A DNA stretch of 64,000 bases from Deferribacterales bacterium (lineage in GTDB: Bacteria > Chrysiogenota > Deferribacteres > Deferribacterales > Geovibrionaceae). The stretch lies in contig JBFWLW010000001.1 in the NCBI GenBank assembly GCA_050251945.1, positions 288,001 to 352,000 of the forward strand. The letters are read 5' to 3'. This document shows, one piece after another, positions 30,909 to 41,600 of this stretch. Positions within the stretch are counted from its first letter, which is position 1. The number at the start of each line of letters is the position of its first letter. The notes below the pieces were generated by a model. That model was not told the DNA's origin, did not search any database, and worked only from the letters and a program-made list of their open reading frames with translations. The position numbers and the translations under genes are program-made.

Positions 30909-31650
30909 CGCCTTTGCCGCAGAAAAAGTAGTAATTCTTGCTCCGGCAGCCGGAGATATAATCCACAAACTCAAAGCAGAAGATAAAGTTGTCGGTGTAA
31001 CAAAGAATCTGGACGGTTTTCCGAAAGCAGTGGAAGTAGGAACGCACCTTAAGCCAAATATCGAAATAATCAAATCATTAAAGCCTGATCTGCTCATTGC
31101 GGGCAGCGGTAAATATTTCACAGATGAAATAAAAAACGCGCTCGGCATCAGAACCTATACATACGATCCGAACAATCTGGCGGAGATTTTATTGGCTGTG
31201 AGAGACCTTGGAAAAGAATTCGGCAAGGCGGACATAGCAGACGATCTGGAAAAGTCGCTTAAAACGGAAATAAGCGGTTTAAAAAAACCGGCATGTCGAG
31301 TAAGCGTGTTTTTTGAAGTGTCTCAAACGCCTTTGATGTCCGCAGGGACAGAAAGCATAGTCAGCGATATGGTGACAAGAGCTGGCGGCTATATGACTGT
31401 CAATGAAAAGAAAAAAGTATTTAAAACAGGCATCGAAACAGTGGTTGCAGGCAAGCCTGACATATATATCTATCAGGTCGGACCCATGAACAAGAACCCG
31501 ATGCCGCCGCAGGACAGGAACGAATATAAAGGGCTTAACACTCAATATGTAAAAGTGGACGAGTCTGAATTCTCAAGAGCCAACACCAACGCATTCAAAA
31601 ACGTAAAATTCCTCAACGGAATCTTCAACAGCTACTGCGAAAATCACTAG
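30862..31650 (+). CDS. BtuF/FecB-like periplasmic binding protein
   Basis: Signal peptide; VG...KPNIEIIKSLKPDL. Confidence 0.85.
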   Translation: MLRFLLISAIILSSFSAFAAEKVVILAPAAGDIIHKLKAEDKVVGVTKNLDGFPKAVEVGTHLKPNIEIIKSLKPDLLIAGSGKYFTDEIKNALGIRTYTYDPNNLAEILLAVRDLGKEFGKADIADDLEKSLKTEISGLKKPACRVSVFFEVSQTPLMSAGTESIVSDMVTRAGGYMTVNEKKKVFKTGIETVVAGKPDIYIYQVGPMNKNPMPPQDRNEYKGLNTQYVKVDESEFSRANTNAFKNVKFLNGIFNSYCENH

Positions 31651-31670
31651 AACGGGGCAATCCAATATAA

Positions 31671-31705
31671 TCAGGGGTTTCAGGTTATTTCTACCTATCC
31701 CCTGA
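31671..31705. terminator. hairpin downstream of the ABC operon
   Basis: TCAGGGG...AGGT..ACCT..CCCCTGA; no clear U tail. Confidence 0.35.
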
Positions 31706-31715
31706 CAATACAGTA

Positions 31716-31743
31716 ACGTCCTATAAGATATATTATGTTAAAT
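31716..31743 (+). other. dif site (XerC/XerD chromosome dimer resolution site)
   Basis: ACGTCCTATAA-GATATA-TTATGTTAAAT; right arm identical to the E. coli XerD arm; 11-6-11 layout; intergenic; close to the gene-orientation switch. Confidence 0.9.
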
Positions 31744-31823
31744 AAAGAAGAACGAAATGTGTTTGCCTTTGAACCGGAACTGAATTAGATTGTCTTACAT
31801 ATTATTTTCAGAGGGTAGCTACT

Positions 31824-32804
31824 GTGGATTTTCTATTTATAACGGTTATGTCTAAACCAATCTGGTCATGGATTCTCTTTTTTGCGATTGTCATCTTTCT
31901 GCTCATACTCGATTTGGGGCTGTTCAACAAAAAAGACCATGAGATAAGCGTTACGGAAAGTCTTAAAATGTCTGTATTCTACATATCCATAGGACTTTTG
32001 TTCGGTGCATGGGTTTGGTGGGAGTTCGGTCACGACAGCGGGTTTAATTATCTGACAGGCTTCGTTGTTGAAAAATCTCTCGCAATGGACAACATCTTTG
32101 TTATAGCCATGATATTCGGTTATTTTAAAACCCCTGCAAAATATCAGCACAGAGTGCTTTTCTGGGGTATTCTTGGAGTCATAATCCTCCGTGGTATAAT
32201 GATAGGTCTTGGTTCGGCACTCGTGAGCCGCTTTGAGTGGATTCTGTACATCTTCGCCCTCTTCCTTATATACACAGGTATCAAGATGCTTTTCAACAAG
32301 GATACTGGTGACGACGACGACCTCTCTGACAATGCTATTCTGAAATTTCTGCGCAAACATCTCAGAATAACTGATCACCTTCACGGACACGATTTCTTTA
32401 TTAAGGAACCGCATCCGGAGACCGGAAAACTCCATGTTTACTGTACGCCGCTTTTCGTGGCTCTGCTCATGGTCGAGTTTGCGGACGTTATCTTTGCCGT
32501 TGACTCTGTTCCGGCGGTATTCACCATCACAACTGACCCCTATGTCGTTTATACAAGCAATATTTTTGCTATTCTCGGTCTGAGGGCGCTCTATTTTGCT
32601 CTCGCCGCCATGATAAAACGTTTTTATTATCTCAAATACACTCTTTCCCTTGTTCTTGTGTTCATCGGATCAAAGATATTCATCGGCGAAGTCCTTGGCT
32701 GGTATCATTTTTCCTCGCTCCAGTCGCTTTCGATAACAATACTTCTTCTGGTGTCCGGTGTTGTTTTCTCGCTCTGGAAAACGAAGAAAGAACCTACTGA
32801 ATAA
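31824..32804 (+). CDS. TerC/Alx family membrane protein
   Basis: EKSLAMDNIFV, QHRVLFWGILG, DVIFAVDSVPA, SNIFAILGLRALYF. Confidence 0.93.
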   Translation: MDFLFITVMSKPIWSWILFFAIVIFLLILDLGLFNKKDHEISVTESLKMSVFYISIGLLFGAWVWWEFGHDSGFNYLTGFVVEKSLAMDNIFVIAMIFGYFKTPAKYQHRVLFWGILGVIILRGIMIGLGSALVSRFEWILYIFALFLIYTGIKMLFNKDTGDDDDLSDNAILKFLRKHLRITDHLHGHDFFIKEPHPETGKLHVYCTPLFVALLMVEFADVIFAVDSVPAVFTITTDPYVVYTSNIFAILGLRALYFALAAMIKRFYYLKYTLSLVLVFIGSKIFIGEVLGWYHFSSLQSLSITILLLVSGVVFSLWKTKKEPTE

Positions 32805-33252
32805 AGGTTTCCGTACCTTTCAGTGTGAGCCATACTGTGGCGGCGTAACGGATGAATTTTCCGATAAGGACAAGCACGGAATATTTGATAAAGTACATTT
32901 TAAAAAGCCCGCCGACAAGGCACAGCGGGTCACCTATGATCGGCACCCATGAGAAAAGAAGCGATATCGCGCCGTATTTGTTATAGATACGTTCGGCTTT
33001 TGCCCTGCTCTCATCGCTTATTTTTAGAATCTTTCGTATGGCGTAATCACTGCCGTAATATCCTATGGCGTATGTTGTGCAGGCACCCAGATAGTTGCCT
33101 GAAACAGCGCAAATGAGCAGCAGAACAGGGTTTAACCCCTTTATGACCAGCGCCACCAGAAGCCATTCCGAAGCGAGCGGAAGAGCTGTTGATGCGAGAA
33201 ACGCCAGCAGAAACATCGAAAAGTATCCGTATTGAAGCAGCCATTCATGCAT
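32794..33252 (-). CDS. YqaA/DedA family membrane protein
   Basis: FLASTALPLASE, SWVPIIGDPL, GKFIRY. Confidence 0.88.
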   Translation of the reverse strand: MHEWLLQYGYFSMFLLAFLASTALPLASEWLLVALVIKGLNPVLLLICAVSGNYLGACTTYAIGYYGSDYAIRKILKISDESRAKAERIYNKYGAISLLFSWVPIIGDPLCLVGGLFKMYFIKYSVLVLIGKFIRYAATVWLTLKGTETFIQ

Positions 33253-33353
33253 AAAGTCTTATACCACCGCCTTATCGTATTGACTAGCAGCCATAGAAAT
33301 ACTATAACTGAAAACCCAAAAATCCTACTTATTTAATAATTTCGGGGGAATTT

Positions 33354-33989
33354 ATGATCCTTGCAATATTTGATTTGGATGGAACTATTCTCGACACCCT
33401 TCAGGATATGCACGATTGTCTTGACGATACAATGAATCATTTTGGTCTTAAAAGATTTTCAATTGATGTGACAAGAAGTTTTGTTGGCGACGGCATCCGC
33501 AGGCTCGTAATCCGCGCCGCCGGGGAAGAAAATTTCAAAGATGAAATGGAAACCTATTTCCGCCAGCTTTATTCAGTCAGAATGACAGTTAATACCAAGG
33601 TAATAGATGGTTACAATGAAATATTCGAGTATCTGAAAAAGAATGATATAAAAACTGTTATTCTTTCTAATAAAATCGCCTCACTTACCGGTGAACTTGT
33701 GCAACATTACGGCATAGACAGGTATTTCGACAAATGGTACGGAGGCGACAGTTTCGGCGTTAAGAAACCCTCCCCTGTCCCGGTTGAGAGCATTGTAAAA
33801 GACTGCGGTGCCGAAAAATCCAATACTATAATGATAGGCGACAACCATACGGATATTGAATCGGGCTTCTATGCAGGGGTAAAAACTTGCTTTTGCACTT
33901 TCGGCTATGGTACTGTGAGTGAGGTCAAACCTGACTTTACGGTAAATAATCCGCACGAGATAATCAATATTCTGGAGGGTATGAAATGA
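33354..33989 (+). CDS. HAD hydrolase (phosphoglycolate phosphatase-like)
   Basis: FDLDGTILDT, SNK, KKPSP, MIGD..TDI. Confidence 0.88.
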   Translation: MILAIFDLDGTILDTLQDMHDCLDDTMNHFGLKRFSIDVTRSFVGDGIRRLVIRAAGEENFKDEMETYFRQLYSVRMTVNTKVIDGYNEIFEYLKKNDIKTVILSNKIASLTGELVQHYGIDRYFDKWYGGDSFGVKKPSPVPVESIVKDCGAEKSNTIMIGDNHTDIESGFYAGVKTCFCTFGYGTVSEVKPDFTVNNPHEIINILEGMK

Positions 33990-35269
33990 CAAAAAAGGCG
34001 TACTATGCAGATTATGTCTATTATAACAACAAGATACACACCAATACACACCTTCTTGCAGAAAACGGCACAATATCCGGCATTGCAGAAATTCCGGCAG
34101 ACGATTATTCAATTGAAGTTTTTAGCAACTCCGCCATTTTCCCCGGACTTATAAATACTCACACTCACCTTCCGATGGGGCTTTTCAGAGGCATGGCGGA
34201 CGATCTGCCGCTGATGGAGTGGCTCCAGAACCATATATGGCCTGCAGAGGCAAAATGGCTCTCTCCTGAGTTTATTCAGGCGGCAAGCGACCTTGCAGCC
34301 ATTGAGATGATAAAAAGCGGCACAACCATTTCAAATGACATGTATTTTCTTTCAGACCACATAGCGTCTTCACTGAAAAAAAGCGGACTTAAAGGCATAA
34401 TCGGCGTAGGAGTTTTGGATTTCGCCACGAAATTCGGAACCGGAGCCGACGATTATATATCAAAAGCATCAGACCTTTATATGAAATATAAAAACGATGA
34501 GAACGTTACCGTTTCTCTTTGTCCCCACGCGCCCTATACGGTAGGTCCCGAAAACTACGTCAAATGCGTTGATTTTTGCGGAAAGCACGATCTGCTGCTG
34601 CACACGCACTTGATGGAGGCGGCTAACGAGTCAGCAGATTCAGTTGCCAAACACGGCAAAACCACCGTTCAGATCATGAATGAGACAGGAGCCTTTGATA
34701 TTAAAAGCATTTTTGCCCACTGTGTTCAGCTCAATGACGAAGAGATAGCAATAATGGGTGAAAAAAAGGTCAGCGTCGCGCACTGTATCCAAAGCAATAT
34801 GAAGCTTGCGAACGGCTTTGCACCTGTAAAAAAGATGATGGATGCCGGAATCAATGTGACTATAGGCACCGACGGAGCCGCCAGCAACAATGATCTCGAT
34901 ATGATAGACGAGATGCGCAGTGTCGCGCTGGTGCATAAAGGCGTTCTCAGAGATGCAACCGCCCTTTCCGCAGAAACAGTTCTGCATATGGCAACCACCG
35001 GCGGTGCAAATGCGCTTGGCATAGAAGGTACAGGCGAACTCAAAAAAGGAAACAAGGCTGATTTCATAGTGGTATCGTTCGACAGTCCGAAAACCACGCC
35101 TGTTTTCAATCCAGTTTCCCACCTCGTATATTCCGCTTCCGCATCAGACGTAACAGCTATGTATGTCAATGGCAAATGTCTGATGAAAGACAGAATTATT
35201 CAGACAATGGATGAAGACAAGATAAAATACAACGCCCGTCTCTGGGCGGATAAGATAATCAACGGTTAA
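33986..35269 (+). CDS. mtaD: amidohydrolase, MTA/SAH deaminase family
   Basis: NTHTH, RGMADDLPLMEWL, PHAPY, HLME, SNMKLANG, GTDGAASNN. Confidence 0.8.
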   Translation: MTKKAYYADYVYYNNKIHTNTHLLAENGTISGIAEIPADDYSIEVFSNSAIFPGLINTHTHLPMGLFRGMADDLPLMEWLQNHIWPAEAKWLSPEFIQAASDLAAIEMIKSGTTISNDMYFLSDHIASSLKKSGLKGIIGVGVLDFATKFGTGADDYISKASDLYMKYKNDENVTVSLCPHAPYTVGPENYVKCVDFCGKHDLLLHTHLMEAANESADSVAKHGKTTVQIMNETGAFDIKSIFAHCVQLNDEEIAIMGEKKVSVAHCIQSNMKLANGFAPVKKMMDAGINVTIGTDGAASNNDLDMIDEMRSVALVHKGVLRDATALSAETVLHMATTGGANALGIEGTGELKKGNKADFIVVSFDSPKTTPVFNPVSHLVYSASASDVTAMYVNGKCLMKDRIIQTMDEDKIKYNARLWADKIING

Positions 35270-35278
35270 CAGAGGAGT

Positions 35279-36718
35279 ATGATGAAAGATTACAAAAGCT
35301 ATTCAAACCCGCTTCAGGAGAGATATGCCAGCACCGAGATGCTCTATCTCTTTTCACCGCACAAGAAATTCACCACATGGCGCAAGCTTTGGGTTGCTCT
35401 TGCAGAATCTGAAAAAGAACAGGGACTTAATATCACAGACGAGCAGATAGCCGAGCTGAAAGCCAATATCGAGAACATAGATTTCGAGTATGCCGCACAA
35501 ATGGAACGCAAATTCCGCCACGATGTAATGGCACACGTCCACACATACGGCGAGTGCTGTCCCAAGGCGATGCCAATTATTCACCTCGGCGCCACAAGCG
35601 CTTTTGTTGGCGACAATACTGACGTTATCGTCCTTAAAGAAGGACTTGAAATTGTCCGTAAAAAGATGGTCAACGTCATGGACAACATGAAGAAATTCGC
35701 TCTGAAATATAAGAACATGCCCACTCTCGGCTTCACACACTTTCAGCCGGCGCAGCTTACCACTGTCGGTAAGCGCGCATGCCTCTGGCTTCAGGATTTT
35801 GTTCTTGATTTTGAAGCACTTGAATTTGCTCATGAGAACCTTCGTTTCAGAGGTGTTAAAGGTACCACCGGAACGCAGGCGTCGTTCCTCCACCTTTTCA
35901 ACGGTGATCACGCAAAAGTACGCAAACTGGATGAAACCGTGTCCAAAAAAATGGGATTTGATAAGGTTTTGACCATCACCGGTCAGACATACACCCGCAA
36001 GCAGGATACAAGAGTTCTTACAGTCCTTGCCGGAATAGCCGAAACCGCACACAAAATGGCGACCGACCTGCGTCTGCTCGCCAACCTTAAAGAGATCGAG
36101 GAACCTTTTGAAAAAAATCAGATAGGTTCAAGCGCCATGGCATACAAACGCAACCCCATGAGAAGCGAGCGTGTATGCTCCCTCTCCCGCCATGTAATAG
36201 CTCTCAGCATGAACCCATATATGACCCACGCTACGCAGTGGTTTGAGAGGACTCTGGACGATTCCGCAAACAGACGCATCGGCATATCCGAGGCGTTTCT
36301 TGCCATAGACGCAATCCTGGAACTGCTTTACAACATCACTGACGGCATGATTGTTTATGAAAAAATGATCACCAAACGCGTTATGGAAGAACTTCCCTTC
36401 ATGGCGACAGAAAACATAATCATGGAATCTGTCAAACGCGGTGCCGACAGACAGGTTATGCACGAGGTTATACGTGTAAACTCCATGGAAGCCGGCAAAC
36501 GCGTCAAGATGGAGGGCAAGGACAACGACCTTCTCGACAGACTGGCGGCGGACAAAGAAGTGCCTCTGAACAAAGAGGAGATAATGGCTCTGCTCGACCC
36601 TATTAAATTCGTCGGGCGCGCACCGGAACAGGTTGACCAGTTCCTCGGCGAAGAGGTCACTCCCGTCATTGAAAAATATGAAAAACTTCTCGGTATGGAT
36701 GTAGATATCAAAGTTTAG
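35279..36718 (+). CDS. purB: adenylosuccinate lyase
   Basis: [35 protein letters not shown]. Confidence 0.95.
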   Translation: MMKDYKSYSNPLQERYASTEMLYLFSPHKKFTTWRKLWVALAESEKEQGLNITDEQIAELKANIENIDFEYAAQMERKFRHDVMAHVHTYGECCPKAMPIIHLGATSAFVGDNTDVIVLKEGLEIVRKKMVNVMDNMKKFALKYKNMPTLGFTHFQPAQLTTVGKRACLWLQDFVLDFEALEFAHENLRFRGVKGTTGTQASFLHLFNGDHAKVRKLDETVSKKMGFDKVLTITGQTYTRKQDTRVLTVLAGIAETAHKMATDLRLLANLKEIEEPFEKNQIGSSAMAYKRNPMRSERVCSLSRHVIALSMNPYMTHATQWFERTLDDSANRRIGISEAFLAIDAILELLYNITDGMIVYEKMITKRVMEELPFMATENIIMESVKRGADRQVMHEVIRVNSMEAGKRVKMEGKDNDLLDRLAADKEVPLNKEEIMALLDPIKFVGRAPEQVDQFLGEEVTPVIEKYEKLLGMDVDIKV

Positions 36719-36749
36719 AAACAAAACGGGCGGGTTTGAAACCCGCCCT

Positions 36750-36890
36750 CAAACTGATGACAAAGTCAGTAAAATGCGAGATCGCGTCGTCGCATGCGCT
36801 CCTCGCGAAGACAAAAAAACGTCTCTGCGAGGGTTTTAACCCGAAGCAGTCTAATGTGAGTCTGTGTAAATTTAGTTTGTCAACAACCTG
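36750..36890. mobile_element. MITE copy 1 (141 bp, imperfect terminal inverted repeats, 23-bp flanking direct repeat)
   Basis: Ends CAAACTGATGACAAA / TTTGTCAACAACCTG; flanked by CGGGCGGGTTTGAAACCCGCCCT (36727-36749) and CGGGCGGGTTTTTAACCCACCCT (36891-36913); near-identical to 47954-48093. Confidence 0.8.
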
Positions 36891-36917
36891 CGGGCGGGTT
36901 TTTAACCCACCCTCTTT

Positions 36918-37838
36918 TTATCTGCTTAAATCAACAGTTCCCGTAAGTTCGCTGAAATTCGATATATTGTTATCAGCCATATACTTATCAAGGTCATCTA
37001 TTATCTTTAACGGTATTTCCGGATCAATGAAATTCGCCGTACCAACCTGAACGGCAGACGCACCCACAAGCCCGAATTCCACAACATCACGCCAGTCTAT
37101 TATCCCGCCGATACCCATGATAGGGATATTTACAGTGCGGAACGCCTCGTGCACCATGCGGATGGCAACAGGCTTGATGGCAGGACCTGAAAGTCCGCCT
37201 GTCACGTTGTAAAGATGAGGTTTTTTCGTGTGTATGTTCACGGACATGCCCAGAAGAGTGTTTATTGCGCTGATAGCATCCGCCCCCGCCTGTTCGCAGG
37301 CTTTTGCGTAAACCCTTATGTTTGTTACGTTTGGTGACAGTTTCACCATAAGCGGTTTATTTTTAAGAGCTTTTTTGACGTTATAAGTAACTTCATAGGT
37401 CATTTTCGGGTCTGTACCGAACGCGATGCCGCCCTCTTTTATGTTAGGACATGAGATGTTCATCTCAAGCATATCAACGTCGGCATCGTCGAGGATGCGG
37501 GCAACTTCCACATATTCATCAATGGTTTTGCCCCAGAAATTGACAATTATCTTAGTGTCATACTTTCTCAGTTCAGGCAGTTTTTCATGAACGAATTTAT
37601 ATACCCCGACGTTTTGAAGCCCGATGGCATTCAGCATACCGGATGTGGTCTCCATTATGCGCGGCATGGGGTTTCCCACAGTTTCGCGCAGGGATATCCC
37701 TTTGACGGAAATTCCGCCTAACTTACTTATATCTATATGTTTCGCATACTCCAGACCATAGCCGAAAGTTCCGCTGGCAGTTATCACAGGGTTCTTGAAT
37801 TCTATTCCGCAAAAGACGGTTTTAAGTCTGTCAGACAT
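36918..37838 (-). CDS. pyrD: dihydroorotate dehydrogenase B, catalytic subunit
   Basis: ASGTFGYG, NAIGLQN, NISCPN, KLSPNVT, GGLSGPAIKP. Confidence 0.95.
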   Translation of the reverse strand: MSDRLKTVFCGIEFKNPVITASGTFGYGLEYAKHIDISKLGGISVKGISLRETVGNPMPRIMETTSGMLNAIGLQNVGVYKFVHEKLPELRKYDTKIIVNFWGKTIDEYVEVARILDDADVDMLEMNISCPNIKEGGIAFGTDPKMTYEVTYNVKKALKNKPLMVKLSPNVTNIRVYAKACEQAGADAISAINTLLGMSVNIHTKKPHLYNVTGGLSGPAIKPVAIRMVHEAFRTVNIPIMGIGGIIDWRDVVEFGLVGASAVQVGTANFIDPEIPLKIIDDLDKYMADNNISNFSELTGTVDLSR

Positions 37839-37853
37839 AAAATATTCTCCAGA

Positions 37854-38633
37854 TCAGATTAGTTTGTCCCATGCTATCGTGGCGCCGTCAAATACGGGAC
37901 CTTCCACGCAGCAGCGCTTCTGCACTATTTCGCCGCCCTCTTTCACATAGATGATACAGCCAAGGCAGGCACCCAGACCGCATGCCATGCGTTCGTCAAG
38001 CGAAACCTCGACAGGAATATCGGCATTAACGCATATTTCGCTGACTGTCTGCAGCATCGGTTTTGGTCCGCAAGTGTATACCATGTCGTATGTTTCAACA
38101 TTTTCTTTGAATGGCAGAGTAACGTAGCCTTTAATTCCGGCAGAGCCGTCATCGGTTGTTACTATGAGATGGTCGGTGTTCTCTTTCAGTTCTTCAAGAA
38201 GCACAACGTCGTCAACAGTGCGCCCGCCGTAATACAGGTCAACCACACATCCGCGGTTTTTCAGTGTTTTGGCCAGCCAGTAAACGGGGGCTATGCCTAT
38301 ACCGCCTGCAACAAGAGCCACCCGTTTGTTTTCAAGCAGGGTGAAACGGTTGCCAAGGGGCGCGGAAAACTCTATCATACCGCTTTCGTGGAATTCACTG
38401 AGCAGCTTTGTTCCTTTGCCCACAACCATATACACAAGACTGAACTTGCCGTCTTTAACATCGGCAATGCCCAGAGGTCTGCGCAGAAGCGGGTCGTGAG
38501 TATAGTTCTGGCTGCCCGGTTTTATCATAACAAACTGACCGACGTGAGCCTGTGTAACAAACTCCTCGGATTTTATCTCAAGGAAAAAGTATTTGTCATT
38601 AAGCTGCTGGTTTTTAACGACCTTCCCTTTCAT
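37854..38633 (-). CDS. pyrK: dihydroorotate dehydrogenase electron transfer subunit
   Basis: LRRP, GGIGIAP, CGP, MACGLGACLGC, CVEGPVF. Confidence 0.92.
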   Translation of the reverse strand: MKGKVVKNQQLNDKYFFLEIKSEEFVTQAHVGQFVMIKPGSQNYTHDPLLRRPLGIADVKDGKFSLVYMVVGKGTKLLSEFHESGMIEFSAPLGNRFTLLENKRVALVAGGIGIAPVYWLAKTLKNRGCVVDLYYGGRTVDDVVLLEELKENTDHLIVTTDDGSAGIKGYVTLPFKENVETYDMVYTCGPKPMLQTVSEICVNADIPVEVSLDERMACGLGACLGCIIYVKEGGEIVQKRCCVEGPVFDGATIAWDKLI

Positions 38634-38635
38634 TT

Positions 38636-41600
38636 TCAGCCTCTTTTGTAATATTCCTGAATGGGTGTGACTGTGAGTCCCTTCTGTCCTGCGGCGATGG
38701 CAACCATACACGCTTTCGCGGCCTCAACAGTTGTAACGTAAGGAACGCTGTAGCTCAGCATTGTCCTTCTGATGGATTCGCTGTCCAGTCTGGATTTTTT
38801 ACCCTCAGGGATATTGATAACAAAGGCTATTTCACCGTTCTTTATCTTGTCAACAACGTTGGGTCTTATGCCTTCGTGTACTTTTGCAAGTTTTTCGACC
38901 TCAAGCCCGTTCTCCCGCAGGAAGTTGTATGTTCCCGATGTTGAAACCAGTCTGAAGCCCGTTTTAACAAGTTCTCTGGCAACGCCGAGGATCTCAGATT
39001 TAACGGAATCCTTAACGCTGATAAATACATTACCGCTTTTAGGCAGTTTGTTGCCTGCGGCTATCTGTGCTTTGTAAAATGCGCTTCCGAAGTGCGAGTC
39101 GATACCCATTACTTCACCTGTGGATTTCATCTCCGGTCCAAGAACAAGGTCAGTTCCGGGGAATTTTACAAACGGGAACACAGATTCTTTCACGGTGAAG
39201 TAGTTGATATCCACCTCTTTGGTGAATCCGAGGTCTTTCAGTTTTGCACCTGCCATGACTTTTGCCGCCATTTTCGCAAGCGGGATACCTATTGTCTTGC
39301 TGACATAGGGAATTGTTCTTGATGCTCTGGGATTGACCTCAAGCATGTATATCTCTTCGTCTTTGATGGCATACTGGATGTTCATCAGACCGATGACTTT
39401 AAGCTCTTTGGCGATATTTCTGGTATGCTCAAGCAGTTGCGCGCGCGCAGAATCGCTTATGGTTCTGGACGGGATGGAACATGCGGAGTCGCCGGAGTGA
39501 ACGCCCGCTTCCTCGATATGCTGCATGATGGAACCTATCACAGTTATCTCGCCGTCGCTGATGGAGTCAACGTCCACCTCAGTTGCGTGCTGGAGATATT
39601 TGTCTATGAGAACGGGGTGTTCCTCGCTCGCCTTGACCGCGTACACCATATAGTTCTGGAGTGATTCGGTATCGTAAACTATCTCCATCGCGCGTCCGCC
39701 GAGAACGTATGAAGGGCGGACAACAACGGGATACCCTATTTCTTCAGCTATTCTGAACGCATCTTCCGCGTTCTTTGCGATGCCGTTGGGCGGCTGTTTG
39801 ATATTCAGTCTGGTTATCAGGTCTTTGAAACGCTCCCTGTCCTCTGCTATATCAATGCTGTCGGGTGATGTTCCAAGAATCGGCACACCTGCCTTTTCAA
39901 GCGGCACAGCCAGTTTAAGTGGCGTCTGACCGCCGAACTGCACGATAACGCCGAAAGGTTTTTCTTTATCAACAATGTTTAACACATGCTCTCTTGTAAG
40001 GGGTTCAAAATAGAGCCTGTCGGAAGTGTCGTAGTCTGTGGAAACGGTTTCAGGGTTACAGTTGACCATGATGGTCTCAAATCCCATCTCTTCCAGTGCG
40101 AAAGATGCATGAACACAACAGTAGTCAAACTCGATACCCTGACCGATACGGTTGGGACCGCCGCCGAGGATCATTATCTTTTTCCTGTCAGTGGGTTCCG
40201 CTTCACACTCTTTTTCATAGGTGCTGTACAGATATGGAGTGAAAGATTCAAATTCAGCGCCGCACGTATCCACGCGTTTATAGACCGCTTTGCCTCTTGT
40301 TTTCTCCCAAACATCAAGTTCTGTACAATTCATGAGTTTTGCCAGTCGTTTATCACTGAAACCCAGTTGTTTTGCTTTAAGAAACATTGCATCATCTATT
40401 GATGATATTGATATTTTTTTAAGTTCAGATTCAAAATCTATTATCTGTTTGATGTTGTCAAGGAACCACGGATCAATGAAGCAGAGTTCGTGAACTTCTT
40501 CAACTGAAAATCCGGCTCTGAAAGCCTCTCCGACATACCATAAGCGTTCAGCCGTGGGGCGTCTGAGGAGTGCTTTTATCTGCTCAAGAGCGGCTTCGGT
40601 CTTGCGTTCTTCATCGCTGAAAACCTCGTCAAAACCGGATTTACCTATCTCAAGCGAACTGATAGCCTTCTGGATGGATTCTTTGAAGGTTCTGCCGATA
40701 GCCATAGCTTCGCCCACGGATTTCATCTGAGTTGTCAGTGTGTTGTCCGCGCCGGGAAACTTCTCGAAAGTGAATCTGGGGTACTTGGTAACACAATAAT
40801 CTATCGTGGGTTCAAAAGATGCGGGAGTCTTAAGGGTAATATCGTTTTTAAGTTCGTCCAGAGTGTAGCCCACGGCGAGCTTCGCCGCTATTTTTGCTAT
40901 GGGAAAGCCTGTTGCTTTCGACGCCAGCGCCGAGCTTCTGGAGACTCTGGGGTTCATCTCAATGATGATCTGTTTGCCTGTCTTGGGGTCAACGGCAAAC
41001 TGCACGTTTGAACCGCCGGTATCAACGCCTATTTCGCGGATAACTGCGATGGCGGCGTTACGCATTATCTGATATTCTTTGTCGGTGAGCGTCTGTGCGG
41101 GAGCGACCGTTATACTGTCGCCAGTGTGTACGCCCATTGCGTCTATATTTTCGATGGAGCAGATGATAACGACGTTGTCGTTAAGGTCGCGCATGACCTC
41201 AAGCTCGTACTCTTTCCAGCCGAGAACGGATTCCTCCACCAGAATTTCTGTAACAGGTGAGGCTTCAAGTCCCCACTCCACATATTCTTTATACTCTTCC
41301 ATGTTATAGGCAACGTTTCCGCCTGTTCCGCCAAGCGTGAACGAGGGGCGGATGATGGCGGGGAAACCGATTTTGTCAATACAGTCAAGTGCATCCTGAT
41401 ATGTATTGACGACGTAACTTTCGGGCAGTGTCAGCCCAATCTTTTTCATTGCCTGTTTGAACAGTTCTCTGTCTTCCGCCTTGTCGATGGCATCAATTTT
41501 AGCGCCTATGAGTTCGACATTATATTTTTCAAGAACTCCGGCGCTGTGAAGGTCTTTCGCAAGGTTAAGCGCAGTCTGTCCGCCGACAGTGGGGAGTATT

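Noticed and set aside
31744..31823. Possible yybP-ykoY (Mn2+) riboswitch upstream of terC/alx
   Set aside because: Only a GAGGGTAGC fragment directly at the RBS; no room or pairing for the four-way junction
36736..37050. 104-aa ORF across the MITE
   Set aside because: Runs through a non-coding repeat and antisense into pyrD; no transposase motifs
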